DNA from: Chiloscyllium plagiosum
Taxonomy: Eukaryota
Direction: 5' to 3'
DNA length: 32,302 nucleotides
NCBI RefSeq assembly: GCF_004010195.1
Contig: NW_025214896.1
Span: 22,049-54,350, forward strand
This document shows positions 11,085 to 21,869 of the stretch, piece by piece. The notes below the pieces were generated by a model, which worked only from the letters and a program-made list of their open reading frames with translations, had not been told where the DNA came from and did not search any database. The position numbers and the translations under genes are program-made. Position 1 is the first letter of the stretch. Each line of letters begins with the position of its first letter.

Positions 11085-11290
11085 AATTACCTCATTCTGT
11101 CCCTGTAAGTGCGTTGAGGGAGGAATGGCCTCCTCCTGTTCCTGTATGAGAGGCTGAAGGGGCTGAATGGCCTCCTTTAGTTCCTGTGTAAGTGACTCAA
11201 GGAACTGACTGGCTTCTTCCTCGTCCGACTGGACAGAGTCAATGGCTTGACTTGGTTCCCCCTGGTTCCTGTTTAACAGCTCGATGTGTT
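11085..11290 (+). repeat. ~42-bp degenerate minisatellite (GGGCTGAATGGCCTCCTCCTGTTCCTGT...)
   Basis: Unit anchors at 11124, 11166, 11208 and ~11250. More eroded units resume at ~11985-12085. Confidence 0.7.
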
Positions 11291-11296
11291 GACAAG

Positions 11297-11950
11297 TGTG
11301 ATGATGCTGTAGCTTTAAGAGATGATCTTGGTCTGGTTTCTTTTTAATAGAGAGATTGAACGATCGTTATCAAGCTGGCCAGTTAAGACCACTTGACTGA
11401 AAAATTAGGGAGGCCTTGGGTTTATTTTAATGTCGCCTGCATTGGTGTGGCCAGCTCTCACGATTAGGATCACTGGGTTTTGGTTTCTCAGTAATATCAG
11501 AAAATATTGGGGTTACCACAATATTACCACTGAGTTGGAACATTCAGTGACTATCTCCTGGTTGCTAATCTCTTTGAATGTTCTCTTGATGTTGTTTTTA
11601 ATTCCCGGATTAGAGAAATGTTTGTGACAATCTGTACCTGAATATTCCATTTTGCCAAGAGCTGTGTTTATGGGATTTTCCTATATTCGAACGGTTCATT
11701 GGTAATAGTTCCTAGGTCTCTTATTCTGTTAACTTGTCCAATAGAATTACGTTATTCTAAATTCCTCTTTGTTTGGTTTTATTTTATATTTCGTGTTTAT
11801 GTAGATGGTATTTTGCTTCACACCGAGTAGTTTGACCAATCACACTGCATCTGGAACAGACACTTTACATTTCCTTTAAAATATGAAAGCATTAGAATCT
11901 ACACTACCGCCTTCAAATATTTTCGAGGGATTGTGTTGTTGTCCATCACA
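11297..11950. mobile_element. Solo LTR (~654 bp)
   Basis: Begins TGTGATG and ends CATCACA (perfect 7-bp terminal inverted repeat, TG...CA). Non-coding and interrupts the minisatellite. The TSD is eroded (ACAAG/CCAAA). Confidence 0.65.
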
Positions 11951-12465
11951 CCAAACCCCTTCTCTTCCTGAGAAATAGGCAGGAGGCACTGAATGGGCTG
12001 TCCTTGTCCTTCTCCAATAGTGTCAATGGGCTGAATGACTTCTTCATCTTCCCGTGAAACGAGCGTGAGGTGCTGAATGAACTATTGTTTTACTGTGGCA
12101 ATGTGGAGTGCCAGGAAATGCTTTTACATGAATGCTATGGAAACTTTTAACAGCACAAACCTGAATGGTGTCCGGGTCTTGGTGCACATGGACACAGACC
12201 AGTTCAGGAGCTGATAGGGGACAAATTATTCTGAACATTGAGGAATCTTCAGTGACCATCCCCACTTCTGATCGTATGGTCGGGAGGGTGGGGGCGGGGT
12301 GACATTTTTGAAGTAGCTGAAGATGTTTGTGAAGAGGAAGCTACCGTGAGTATCTCCCACAGAGGTGACCCAGGACGAAGATGATGAACATTTTCCTTTG
12401 TGGCATGTTTGACTCCAAAAACTGGAGCGGTTACTCTGATTCCAAATAAATCCAGTTTTGTTAAG

Positions 12466-12780
12466 ACAATAGATAATAGATGCAGGATTAGGCCATTCTG
12501 CCCTTCCAGCCTACACCACCATTCAATATGATCATGGCTGATCATCCTTAATCAGTATACTGTTCCTGCCTTATCTCCATAATCTTTGATTCCACTATTC
12601 TTGAGAGCGCTATCCAACTCTTTCTTAAATGAATCCAAAGACAGGGCCTCCACTGCCATCTAGGGCAGAGCATTCCACAGAGCCACCACTCTCAGGGTGA
12701 AGACGTTTTTCCTCATCTCTGTCCTAAATGGTTTACCCCGTATTTTTTAGCTGTATCCTCTGGTTCAGCACTGACCCAGC
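12466..12780 (-). mobile_element. CR1 LINE 3' end
   Basis: GCAGGATTAGGCCATTCTGCCCTT..CCACCATTCAATATGATCATGGCTGATC is the reverse CR1 3' UTR, followed by the end of ORF2 (RVVALWNALP on the minus strand). Confidence 0.85.
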
Positions 12781-12809
12781 AAAGCTCCTTGATGTCAACA
12801 GAAGTCAAC

Positions 12810-12933
12810 TTTTGCCCAAAACGTCGATGTCGCTGCTCCTTGGATGGTGCCTGAACTGCTGAGCTCTTCCAGCACCACTAATCCAGAGTCTGGTTTCCAG
12901 CATCTGCAGTCATTTTTTTTATCCTGTTTTTAC
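12810..12933 (+). mobile_element. 5'-truncated PLE-terminus insertion with 9-bp TSD
   Basis: TTTTGCCCAAAACGTCGAT..CTCCTTGGATGGTGCCTGAACTGCTG..CCAGCATCTGCAGTC is flanked by GAAGTCAAC at 12801-12809 and 12934-12942. Confidence 0.8.
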
Positions 12934-13059
12934 GAAGTCAACCACTGCCTTGATATCCGGGCTAGTCATTTTTACCTGAAAGCTTATGTCAACCTCTTTT
13001 GTTCATATCAATAAGCCATGATATATGAGCAAACAGTGTTTTCTTCAAACAGGTCATAT

Positions 13060-13290
13060 CGAATGTCAGGATTCTCCACTCAAGAGTGTTGGGGAGCTAG
13101 CGGACTGAAAGTATTTGAAGAGGAGGTCGATGGATATTGATCTGTTAGAGAATTGAGGGCTATGAAGAATTGGGAATTTGAGACAAAGATCAGGTCAGCC
13201 ATATTCTTAGTGAAGAGAAAGGCATGCTTGGGGGACAGGGTTGAGCGACCTGCCCCTGTTCGGATGTTCTCACATTTCTCACATTCTGCT
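13060..13290 (+). mobile_element. Old CR1 3' end
   Basis: Decayed CR1 3' UTR (GATCAGGTCAGCCAT..GACCTGCCCCTGTTC) with a short repeated tail TTCTCACA x2. Confidence 0.6.
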
Positions 13291-13634
13291 ATTTGAAAGT
13301 TAGTGGGTGTTATTTTCATGAATGTTATGTCACTGAATATTGCAGTCATGGAGACCACGTGATTTTGTTAGCCATTGCTGGGTGAGGTGAATGGGCTATA
13401 TTCACAATGAATCCATGTGAACAACATGACCAACAAATGCAGTACAAGTTGCAGAGAGGGGAAGCTTTGTAAAAAGAGGTGAGGGGCCTCTTTCCTATCC
13501 GTGCCTGAATTTTACAATTACATTTCCCAAATCACTTCAAAGCGTGTGTGACATTCTTGGGGTAACTGAATGTTCTCATCTGTTTCTGTGCACCAGGTGC
13601 CTCCAACTGTTCCTGTGTAGCAAGTATGAGGGGC

Positions 13635-13815
13635 TGAATGAAACACAGGAACATGGGACAGTGGAGCAGGAGTGGGACATTAGATACTTTGAGACTTATC
13701 CACCAGACACTAAGATTGTGGCTGATCAGGTTGTGGTCTCAGCTCCACTTTCCTCTCTGTATCCCATTATCCATGACTCACTTCCCTGTCAAATATTTAG
13801 CTAATGCAGCTTTCA
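13635..13815 (-). mobile_element. Old CR1 3' UTR fragment
   Basis: GGAGCAGGAGTGGGACATT..AAGATTGTGGCTGATC resembles the reverse CR1 tail. Confidence 0.55.
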
Positions 13816-13974
13816 ATCAATGTGCACATCGAGGCACGATAAAATTCAAGCGAAGAGAATTCCCACTTGAAAGGTCCTTTCAGAATTTTCCGTCATTCCT
13901 GTTATCGAGTGAAAGAGTCATGCAGCGTGGAAACAGATCAGTTAGTCGAAAATGTTCATTCCGATCAGATATCA

Positions 13975-15155
13975 AATCTGATCTTGTCCCATTTGCCAGC
14001 ATTTGGTCAATATCCCTCCTCTTTCAGATACTTATTAAATGTGCGATTGTAACCGCCTTCACCACATCCTCTGACAGCACTTGTGTGAAACATTTATCTT
14101 CATGTGCCTTCTAAGTCATTCGCCCTCCAGTCTTCAGCCTATGCCCTCTTGTTCTGGACTCCACTATCCTGAGGAGCAGAGCGTGGCTGTTCGGAATATC
14201 CATGCCTCTGATGATTCTATAAACCTCTATAATATCACCCTTCAGCCTCTGACACTCCAGGGGGAAACACCTCAACCTAATCAACCTTTCCCTGAAGCTC
14301 AAACCTCCAGTTCTGCAATCGAGTTGTACGCATTATTCTTAAAGTGGCCTCACCAACATCATGTACAGATGAAACATGCCTCCACAATTCCTATACTCAA
14401 GGCTCTGACTGATTAAGGCAAATGTGGGAAATGTGTTCAGCATCATTCTGTCTACCTGCAACTCCACATTCAAGGAACAATGTACCTGCAGTCCCACGTC
14501 CCTTTGTTCCACAAAACTTCCCTGGACATTACCATTAAGTGTATAATTTCTGCCCTGATTTGTCTTCGCAAAATGCAAAACAAAACTCGTATTTATCTAA
14601 ATTAAACTTCATCTGTCACTCCTTGCCCCTTTACCCCATCTAATTGTGGTCTCGTTGTACTCTGACATAATCTACTACACCACCTTTTTGATGTAATCTG
14701 TCAACATACGAACTATGGCCCCATTATTCACATCCAAATCCTTTACATAAATGATTAAATGCAGTGAACTCAGTACTGATTCTAACAGCACACTGCTGCT
14801 CACAAGCCTCCAGTCTGAAAAACATCCCTCTTCCTTCAAATCAATTGTGACTAGCACCCTCTGTATCCCATGGGACCGAACCTTACTAATTTGCCTACCA
14901 ATCGGAATGTTATGAACACCTTACCGAGGTTCATATAGACAATATCAACCAAACTGCCTTCATCAATCTTCTTTTTCAGCTCTTCATAAATCTCAACCTA
15001 AATAATGAGACATGATTTCCCATGCAGAAAGCCACATTGACAACTCCGTTCAGCACTTGCCTTCCCAAATATATGTACATCCTGTCCCTGAGAATCCCCT
15101 CCAACAGCTCACTCACCACTGACATCAGCCTCACCGGTCAATAGTTCCCCAGCTT
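13975..15155 (-). mobile_element. CR1 LINE ORF2 3' portion
   Basis: Minus-strand ORF pieces MSFRERLIRL..LECQRLKGDIIEVYRIIRG..TRGHRLK, MHFAKTNQGRNYTLNG..EQRDVGLQVH and FSDWRLVSSSV..SVL. Confidence 0.9.
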
Positions 15156-15424
15156 TTTGGTTCACTGTTTCCTTTTCTAGTCCCACTCCTCCACTGCTCA
15201 CAACAAATGTTAAATGCAACCAGGTCGGTGATATGGCCGATGATATCGGTCTCAGACTGGGTCAGGGACAGTTTTAGAAACAAGTCAGGCTAGTTTCTTT
15301 AATCTGCTGAAATAGCACGTTTATGATCCAGAGCAATGTTACTCAAACTTTGGTGGAGAGATGAATGGCAAACGGTTTGGGCATTGCAAATAAAGAATCG
15401 ATAATTCCCTTTCTCAGAACACTG

Positions 15425-15501
15425 ACACGCACACACACACACACGCAAACACACACACTCACACACACTCTCTCTCTCACACACACACACTCACACACAC
15501 A
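15425..15501. repeat. (CA)n/(CT)n microsatellite, left part
   Basis: Directly visible. Confidence 0.9.
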
Positions 15502-16595
15502 TCCGTGGTAGACTAATGGTGTGCAGGGTGTTCTAGCGAGGCGGATAATGAACTGGTTGAGAAACAGGAGACAGAGTTTTAGTTGAAGGGAGTTTATCGA
15601 AATGGAGAAATTTGACTCGTGGTGTTCCACAAGAGTCAGTGTTGAGGCCACTGTTCTTTGTAATATATAAATGATCTGGAAAAGGGCACTGTTGGTATGA
15701 TTAGCACATTTGCAAATGACACGAAGATTGGTGGAGTAGCAGAAAGCACAAGTGACTGTCAGAGAATACAGGAGGATATAGATAGCCTGGAGATTTGGGC
15801 GGAAAATTGGCCTGTGGTTTTTAAATCAGACAAGTGTGAGGTGATGCATGTAGACAAGACTAATTCTAGAGCGAATTATACAATGAATGGAAGAGCCTTG
15901 GGAAAAGTTGATGTACAGAGAGATCTGGAAGTGCAGGCCCATTTTACCCTAAAGGTTCCTGCACAGATGGACAGAGTGATCAAGAAGGCATATGGTATGC
16001 TTGTCTTCATTGGACGGGGTATTGAGTATCAAGAGTGGCAAGTCATGTTAACATTGTACAAGAACTTGGTTCAGCCGTATTTAGAATGCTGTGTACTGTT
16101 ATGATCGCCACATTACCAAAATGATGTGGCCGCTTTGGGGATGGTGCAAAGAAGATTTACGAGGATGTTGCCTGGTATGGAAGGTGCTATCTATGGAGGA
16201 AGGTCGAGTAGGTTTCAAAAAGGGAGATTGAGGGGGAACCTCATTGATCTTTACAGGGAGGATAGAGACGTGCTTTTCTTTTCCCTGGGTGAAGGATTCA
16301 ATAACGAGAGGTCATGGTTTGAAGGTAAGAGCTGGAAAGTTTATGGGAGATACATACGGCAAGTACTTCACACGGAGGTTTGGGCATTGGGAACGCGTTG
16401 CCAGCAGAAGTGGTAGAGGCAGGCATGGTAGATTCATTTAAGATGCATCTAGATAAATGCATGAGTAGGTGGTGAGCAGAGGGATGCAGATGCTTAGGAA
16501 TTGACTGACAGTTTTTCACAATAGATTTTGATCAGCTCAGGCTTGGAAGACTGAAGAGCCTGATGCTGTGCTGTAAATTGTCTTTGCTCTTTGTA
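15502..16595 (+). mobile_element. CR1 LINE, 5'-truncated
   Basis: ORFs MISTFANDTKIGG..CQRIQEDIDSLEIWAENW..KCEVMH..LYKNLVQPYLECC and VQRRFTRMLPGMEG..TRGHGLK, followed by a CR1 3' UTR. Confidence 0.92.
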
Positions 16596-16651
16596 TACAC
16601 ACACACACTCACACACAAATACACGCGCGCGAGCACGCACATACACACACT
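16596..16651. repeat. (CA)n microsatellite, right part
   Basis: Directly visible. Confidence 0.9.
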
Positions 16652-16890
16652 CAGATAAACAAAATATCTTTAATTTCAAGTTGAAAGAACTTTGCCCAGA
16701 TATTAGTGTAACTCATGACAAAAGTAAAAATTGAGAGATTGTCTAAAATGTTACTCTGCTTCTGAAGACATTCTACTCACACAAGTTCCTAACAATGGGA
16801 TTTCATCCTGGGACAATTGGATTTGGCGGAATTCCCTTTTCATTAGGCAGTGAGGAGATTCCAACGAATTCTTGTCAGGGATAGCCCAAA

Positions 16891-17210
16891 GAGTAGCACG
16901 GAGGGTCAGTGGTTAGCAACGCTGCTTCACAGCACCAGGGACTTGGGTTTGATTCCTGCCTCGGGCGACTATCTGTGTGGGGTTTGCACATTCTCTCCTG
17001 TCTGTGTGAGCTTCTAATGGGTGCTCCAGTTCCCTCCCACAGTCCAATGCTGTGCAGGTTAGGTGGGTTGGTCGTTCTAAATTCTCTACAGTGTTCAGGG
17101 ATTATTAGGTTAGTTACATTAGTCAGGGGTAAATGTAGGGGAACGGGTTTTGGAGGGTTGGTATGTACGTTTTGGTACAAATGGCCTGTTTCCACACTGC
17201 AGGAAATCTA
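16891..17210 (+). mobile_element. HE1-type V-SINE (tRNA-derived)
   Basis: tRNA head (CAGTGGTTAGC..GCTTCACAGCACCAGGGAC; B box GGGTTTGATTCC), V domain TCTGTGTGGGGTTTGCACATTCTC..GGGTGCTCCAGTTCCCTCCCACAGTCCAA and CR1-like tail GGCCTGTTTCCACACTG. Confidence 0.88.
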
Positions 17211-17253
17211 TGAAAACAAGAATGGTAACGATGACTGTCGAGATTTTTTTTAG

Positions 17254-17421
17254 GAGGAGAAAGTGAGGTCTGCAGACGCTGGAGATCAAAGCTGAAACTT
17301 TATTGCTGGAACAGCACAGCAGGTCAGGCAGCATCTAGAGGAAGGGCCTGTGCCCGAAACGTCGAATCTCCTGTTCCCTAGATGCTGCCTGACCTGCTGT
17401 GCTGTTCCAGCAATAAAGTTT
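17254..17421. mobile_element. Young palindromic mini-PLE insertion with 14-bp TSD
   Basis: Perfect 44-bp inverted arms (17295-17338 and 17378-17421). Perfect TSD GAGATTTTTTTTAG at 17240-17253 and 17422-17435. The loop holds GAAGGGCCTGTGCCCGAAACGTCGAAT. Confidence 0.9.
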
Positions 17422-18309
17422 GAGATTTTTTTTAGCTCGTACACATTGCTGTGATGAGGAACAATGAAGGAGAGAGCGTGCAATAGGCCGTTCCTTTAAG
17501 GGCAGATTACTTTTTCTCCATCTCTGAGTTGAATCACACAATAATGTGATCCTCTCCCAAACTGTATCATGTGAGGTCTCCTTGTACATTGTCCAAACTA
17601 TGTCTCCATCACACTCCCTGCTCCATGTAGGCGCATCATTGCTGCTGTCATACACAGATCCATATGGCTTAGCAGAAAATGGTGTCGGTCGATTTGAAGA
17701 TAGGTTTACATGTCCCTGTGTCTTTTAAAAAATAATATCTTTAATGTATTCAGAATAGCTGTGTTAAAATGAATTTGTTCATTTTTTTGAATAAATTCAG
17801 AAATTGCTGGGAAAGCTCTCCAGGCCTGTCAGTACCCTACATGCCTTTTACATGTTGTAGTTGTACCAGCCTCTACCACCTCCTCTGGCAGCTACGAAAG
17901 TCTTTAATTGCTATTATTTGTAGTCTGCAACATTAGGGAAAGAAATCCTGCAGTTGCACTCTGCACAATGAAGGATCTCACATAGATATATATTACTGAT
18001 CACTAGAGACGGAGAAAAAACATAATGTTTGGCCCCAAAACACCGATCAGTATTACCCAACTCTCACATGTGTCTGCCCTCTTCCTAAAACCATGACATG
18101 ATACCTGGCCGCTGATTATATTCCAGCCTCCCTCCCCCCCCCCTCTGATTGTGTCTGCATTTATTTCCCTCCTCCCCCTAACCAGACAAGGCAAACTTCG
18201 CTCAGGGTTTTTGTGAAAATCAAGGCTGAAGTATGCAGGCCTCCTGGAGATGGAGAGGGAATTTCAAAATTAAACGGGGAAGTTGAGGAGGTAGTAGTAT
18301 CACTCACTG

Positions 18310-19122
18310 GGCTGAAGATTGGCAGATGGAGTTTACTTTGTATTCATGGGAGGTATAGGATTTGGTAAATCAAACAAGAGCAGGAGTTATACAAGTAAAT
18401 GTAGAGCCGTTGGCAGTGTTGTAGAACAGTGACCTCGGCTGTCAGGTATAATTCTTTAAAATTTGCATCTCATACAGATAGTGTGGATAAGAAGGTGTTT
18501 AACACACATGTCTTCATTGGTCAGACCCTTGTGTATCGGAATTGGGACGTCATGTTGAGGTTGTACAGACATTGGTGAGACATCTTCTGGAATACTGTGT
18601 CTAGTCTGGTCATCCTGCCAGCTCATTCCATAGGCACACCACCCTCTGGGTGAAAACGCTGACCCTCACGTGACTTTTAAATTTTTCTCCTCTTACCTTT
18701 CAACTATGTCCTCTAGCCCTTAGAAAATACCTTGACTATTCACTTTGATATTATTGATCTGATATTATTAAGCTGGACGGGATTCAAAAGAGATTAAACT
18801 GGATGTCGCTGGGAATGGAGGGAGTGAGCTATAAGGCGAGGCTGGATAGGCTGGCACATTTTTCAATGGAGAGTATGAGATGAAGGAGTAACTTTACAGA
18901 GGTTTATAAAATTATGAGGGGTACAGAGAAGCTGAAGGGCTGATGTCTTTTCCCTAGAATTGGGGATTCAGAACTGAGGGATATTTTAAGGTGTGAGGAA
19001 AAAGATTTTCAAAAGTCATGAGAGGTAATTATTTTAGACAGATGCTGGCATGTGTGTGCAATGAGCTACCAGATGAAGTGCGGAACGCAGGGATAGTTAC
19101 AACGTTTAAAGGACATTTAGAT
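18310..19122 (+). mobile_element. CR1 LINE 3' portion, interrupted by an inverted CR1 piece (18617-18745)
   Basis: Plus strand WAEDWQMEF..VMLRLYRHW..LEYCV.SGH, resuming at ~18760 DIIKLDGIQK..SYKARLDRL..EVYKIMRG..FKGHLD. The intervening block is a reverse CR1 3' fragment. Confidence 0.8.
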
Positions 19123-19864
19123 CAGTAATTGGATAAAACATCAGTTTGGATAGTGCTGTGAGCAGCTGCCCTCTCCCTCCCCCCACTCTGAACGGATCCC
19201 GGTTGGTTTTCACCCACTGCCAACACATTAAACAGCACAGAGACTGCCAGACCTGCCCCACACAGAGACACACAGATACACGCGCGGGAATGGTTAGGAC
19301 TCGGCGTGAAGCACAACTGGTAACTTAAATGAAACATAAAGAAATGCTCAATTCGCCTTGTAAACTGTTAAAATATGAAGAACAAAGAACTCACAAATTC
19401 TACTGTTTAAATAAAACATCAATGTATTTTTTTTAACTCTGAAAGTGAACATTTTAAATGAACTGTGCACAACTGCGGGACCCTCTTTCTCTTAACTGCT
19501 TATTACCCGACTCCAGCTCGATAGCAATATATTATTTCTGGGTCTGCCATCCTCTCATATACACAGGTGCTGGTAAGCTCTCAGTTCAGACCAGCAGTCA
19601 TCCTCTTTTAAAGGTATAGTACACACTTTCAATTTCATCACATTATACCCTGATGAATATCGATAAGTGGAATCTATCCCGGATTTCTATTGAACTGTGG
19701 TTTGTCAATATTTCATCCTCTCCATCTGGTGTGTGTCAGGACTTTTGTTGCTCCATTTACAACACGTTATTCTTCAACTCCGTCCATGGGAATATATCAG
19801 TATTTCATTTGGTCACACTTGTGAGTATGGCAGGATTTCAGTTGTTTCATGGGGACTGTGACAC

Positions 19865-20160
19865 AATGACAATCTCAGTGTTTGTAGATGGCACCAAAAC
19901 TGGAAGAATTGTAAAGTCTATGGAGGACAGTGTGGAACTCTTAAGAAGACAGTGACACGATGGCGTCGTGTGCAGGTGTATCTCAGTTGGGGATCAATGC
20001 AGAGCTGTGTGAGGTGAAGCACATTAGTAGGAAAGAAAATGAACGACGATATAAAACAGGCTGCACCATTATAAATGGGGTGCAGGAGCAGAGGGCGCTG
20101 GTGTATATGAGCACAGATTATTGAAGATATCAGGACAAGTGAGGAGAGTAGTAAGTATCA
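19865..20160 (+). mobile_element. Old CR1 RT fragment
   Basis: TISVFVDGTKTGRIVK (decayed ISKFADDTKLG), then CEVKHI..INGVQEQRALVY. Confidence 0.7.
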
Positions 20161-20707
20161 CAGATTAGTTTCAGTATCTGAGCTGTTTACAGGAGGAAGT
20201 GTAGGAGGGAGTCTCCGTGCTTCCTTCCTGGGAGGTGGTGGTGACAATGTGTTGTGAGCCCAGCCTCCTGCCCACCGCGACCGTGGGGATTCCATTTTTA
20301 ACCAGCTCGACACAAAAGGGAAATTGCATCAGGGCCACAGCTTCTCAGTTGTGCCGGGGGGACTCAGAACTGCCAGTGGGTTTAAAGTGAGAATTGCCCT
20401 TCACTGAACATTGCTTCTTACTCGTTCGGTGGGACGTGGATGTTTCAGAATCTCCACACGAGGTGTCCCTGTCCTCTCCGGCTCCTACCAGGGCACTCCA
20501 CCACCCAGCTTGGCCCTTTCTGTACTATTCCAAGCTGTTTCTCCTGGAATAGAAGAAAGGGAGGGAGGGAGGGAGGGATTGAGCGGCCCTGCTGTTCGTG
20601 CTGGTGTAGGTGGGGATAATGGGAAATGGTGAGGTTTTCAGAGGGAGTCAGTCGACAGCGTTGTATCCATGCAGTGTTATTGATGTGGGGGGTAAAGTGG
20701 ACGGGGT

Positions 20708-20769
20708 GACAGAGAGAGACAGATAAACAGAGACAGAGAGACAGAGAGACAGAGACAGAGAGAGAGAGA
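20708..20769. repeat. (GAGACA)n microsatellite
   Basis: Directly visible. Confidence 0.9.
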
Positions 20770-21869
20770 AGGTGCTGCATGCCGCAGTCAGAGTGGTGGA
20801 GCAGGAGCCTTGTTTGGGGGTTGGTGCTATAACAGATATACAGTGAGTGTGAGGGAGCAGAGAAAATGTGGTGAACTTTATTCTGACAAAACGGGGAAGG
20901 TTATTGATGCTTGTCCTGCATTTCTTGCCTTTTCTTCAGACCGTAGATATAGCACTGAACTTGGTTGCGAGCTCGACCATGATCGGTGGGTCTGGTGGTG
21001 TTACTTCCTCTGGGAAGAGAATGGTCCCCTCTGTAAAAGCCCAATCACCCGGACCTCGGTGCCCCTGTCGACAAACTGTGGTGTGCTATGCTTGGAGTAA
21101 ACTGTGCAGGACAGCTCCGAACTGAGAAAGCTCAACCATGTGCATATTGGCCTTATAAAGATGGCCGCAGTGTCAGCGATCATGGAATATCCAGGGACAC
21201 CGCAGCGATAGTGAATACGTCCAGCCATGATGGGTGGGAGAATCGGGCTGGTATTGAATGAGGCAGACACCATGGTGTGGGGTGGGTAGTTAATGAGGTG
21301 AGTTCGATAAGATACCAGCAGGAAATTAGCTTGGCCTAGTGTGGATGATCCCTCTGTCTCACTCAATGAAAATGGCACTGAGACAAATTGTTGTGAGATT
21401 TAGCCAAATGTGTCAAAGACTCTACTGACCCTACACCCAGATACAAAGCTGCTGAACAAATACTCATCTAAAACTCTGCATCATCTGAACTCCCACCAAT
21501 ATCCTGTTCACCTAACATTTCAGGAAGCACTGGCTTATGATACAAGATGCTGTTAAAATGCTTTCATTTCAGCATTCTGAAACCTTGGAAAACATCCTTC
21601 CATAACACTGTCTCTCAGTCTCCCCCTCTCTGTCTATTTGCCATACCACTCCCATTTGTTATTGTTTAAACTGATTACCCCTCCATCTCTGTCTCTCTAT
21701 GGCAGTGATGTTCACACCCACAGCCCCCGTTCTGCAACCCCCCCACCCTTGCCAGAGCACAATGGAGAGATGGAGCTGGAAATGGATGAGTGCTGCACAC
21801 CCTGTCACATCCAACATGGGCAGCAAGTTTCCACACAGTGCGCAGGAATCTAACAGAGTGTTATTTAGC

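Noticed and set aside
12080..12120. TATTGTTTTACTGTGGCAATGTGGAGTGCCAG as a possible GPCR first-exon end (..GVP)
   Set aside because: It needs a frameshift, has no GT donor, and overlaps decayed minisatellite sequence.
13638..14114. 158-aa plus-strand ORF
   Set aside because: It runs antisense across two CR1 fragments and has no recognisable domain. Chance ORF.
16891..16970. tRNA-like sequence
   Set aside because: It is the head of a V-SINE and continues into the V domain and LINE tail. It is not a tRNA gene.
19290..19630. Possible reverse-oriented LTR fragment
   Set aside because: The composition is suggestive, but I could not identify termini, a TSD or a second copy.
21182..21256. MEYPGTPQ.. 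as a possible receptor N-terminus
   Set aside because: Two in-frame stops follow and there is no hydrophobic TM1 start. The similarity is too weak.
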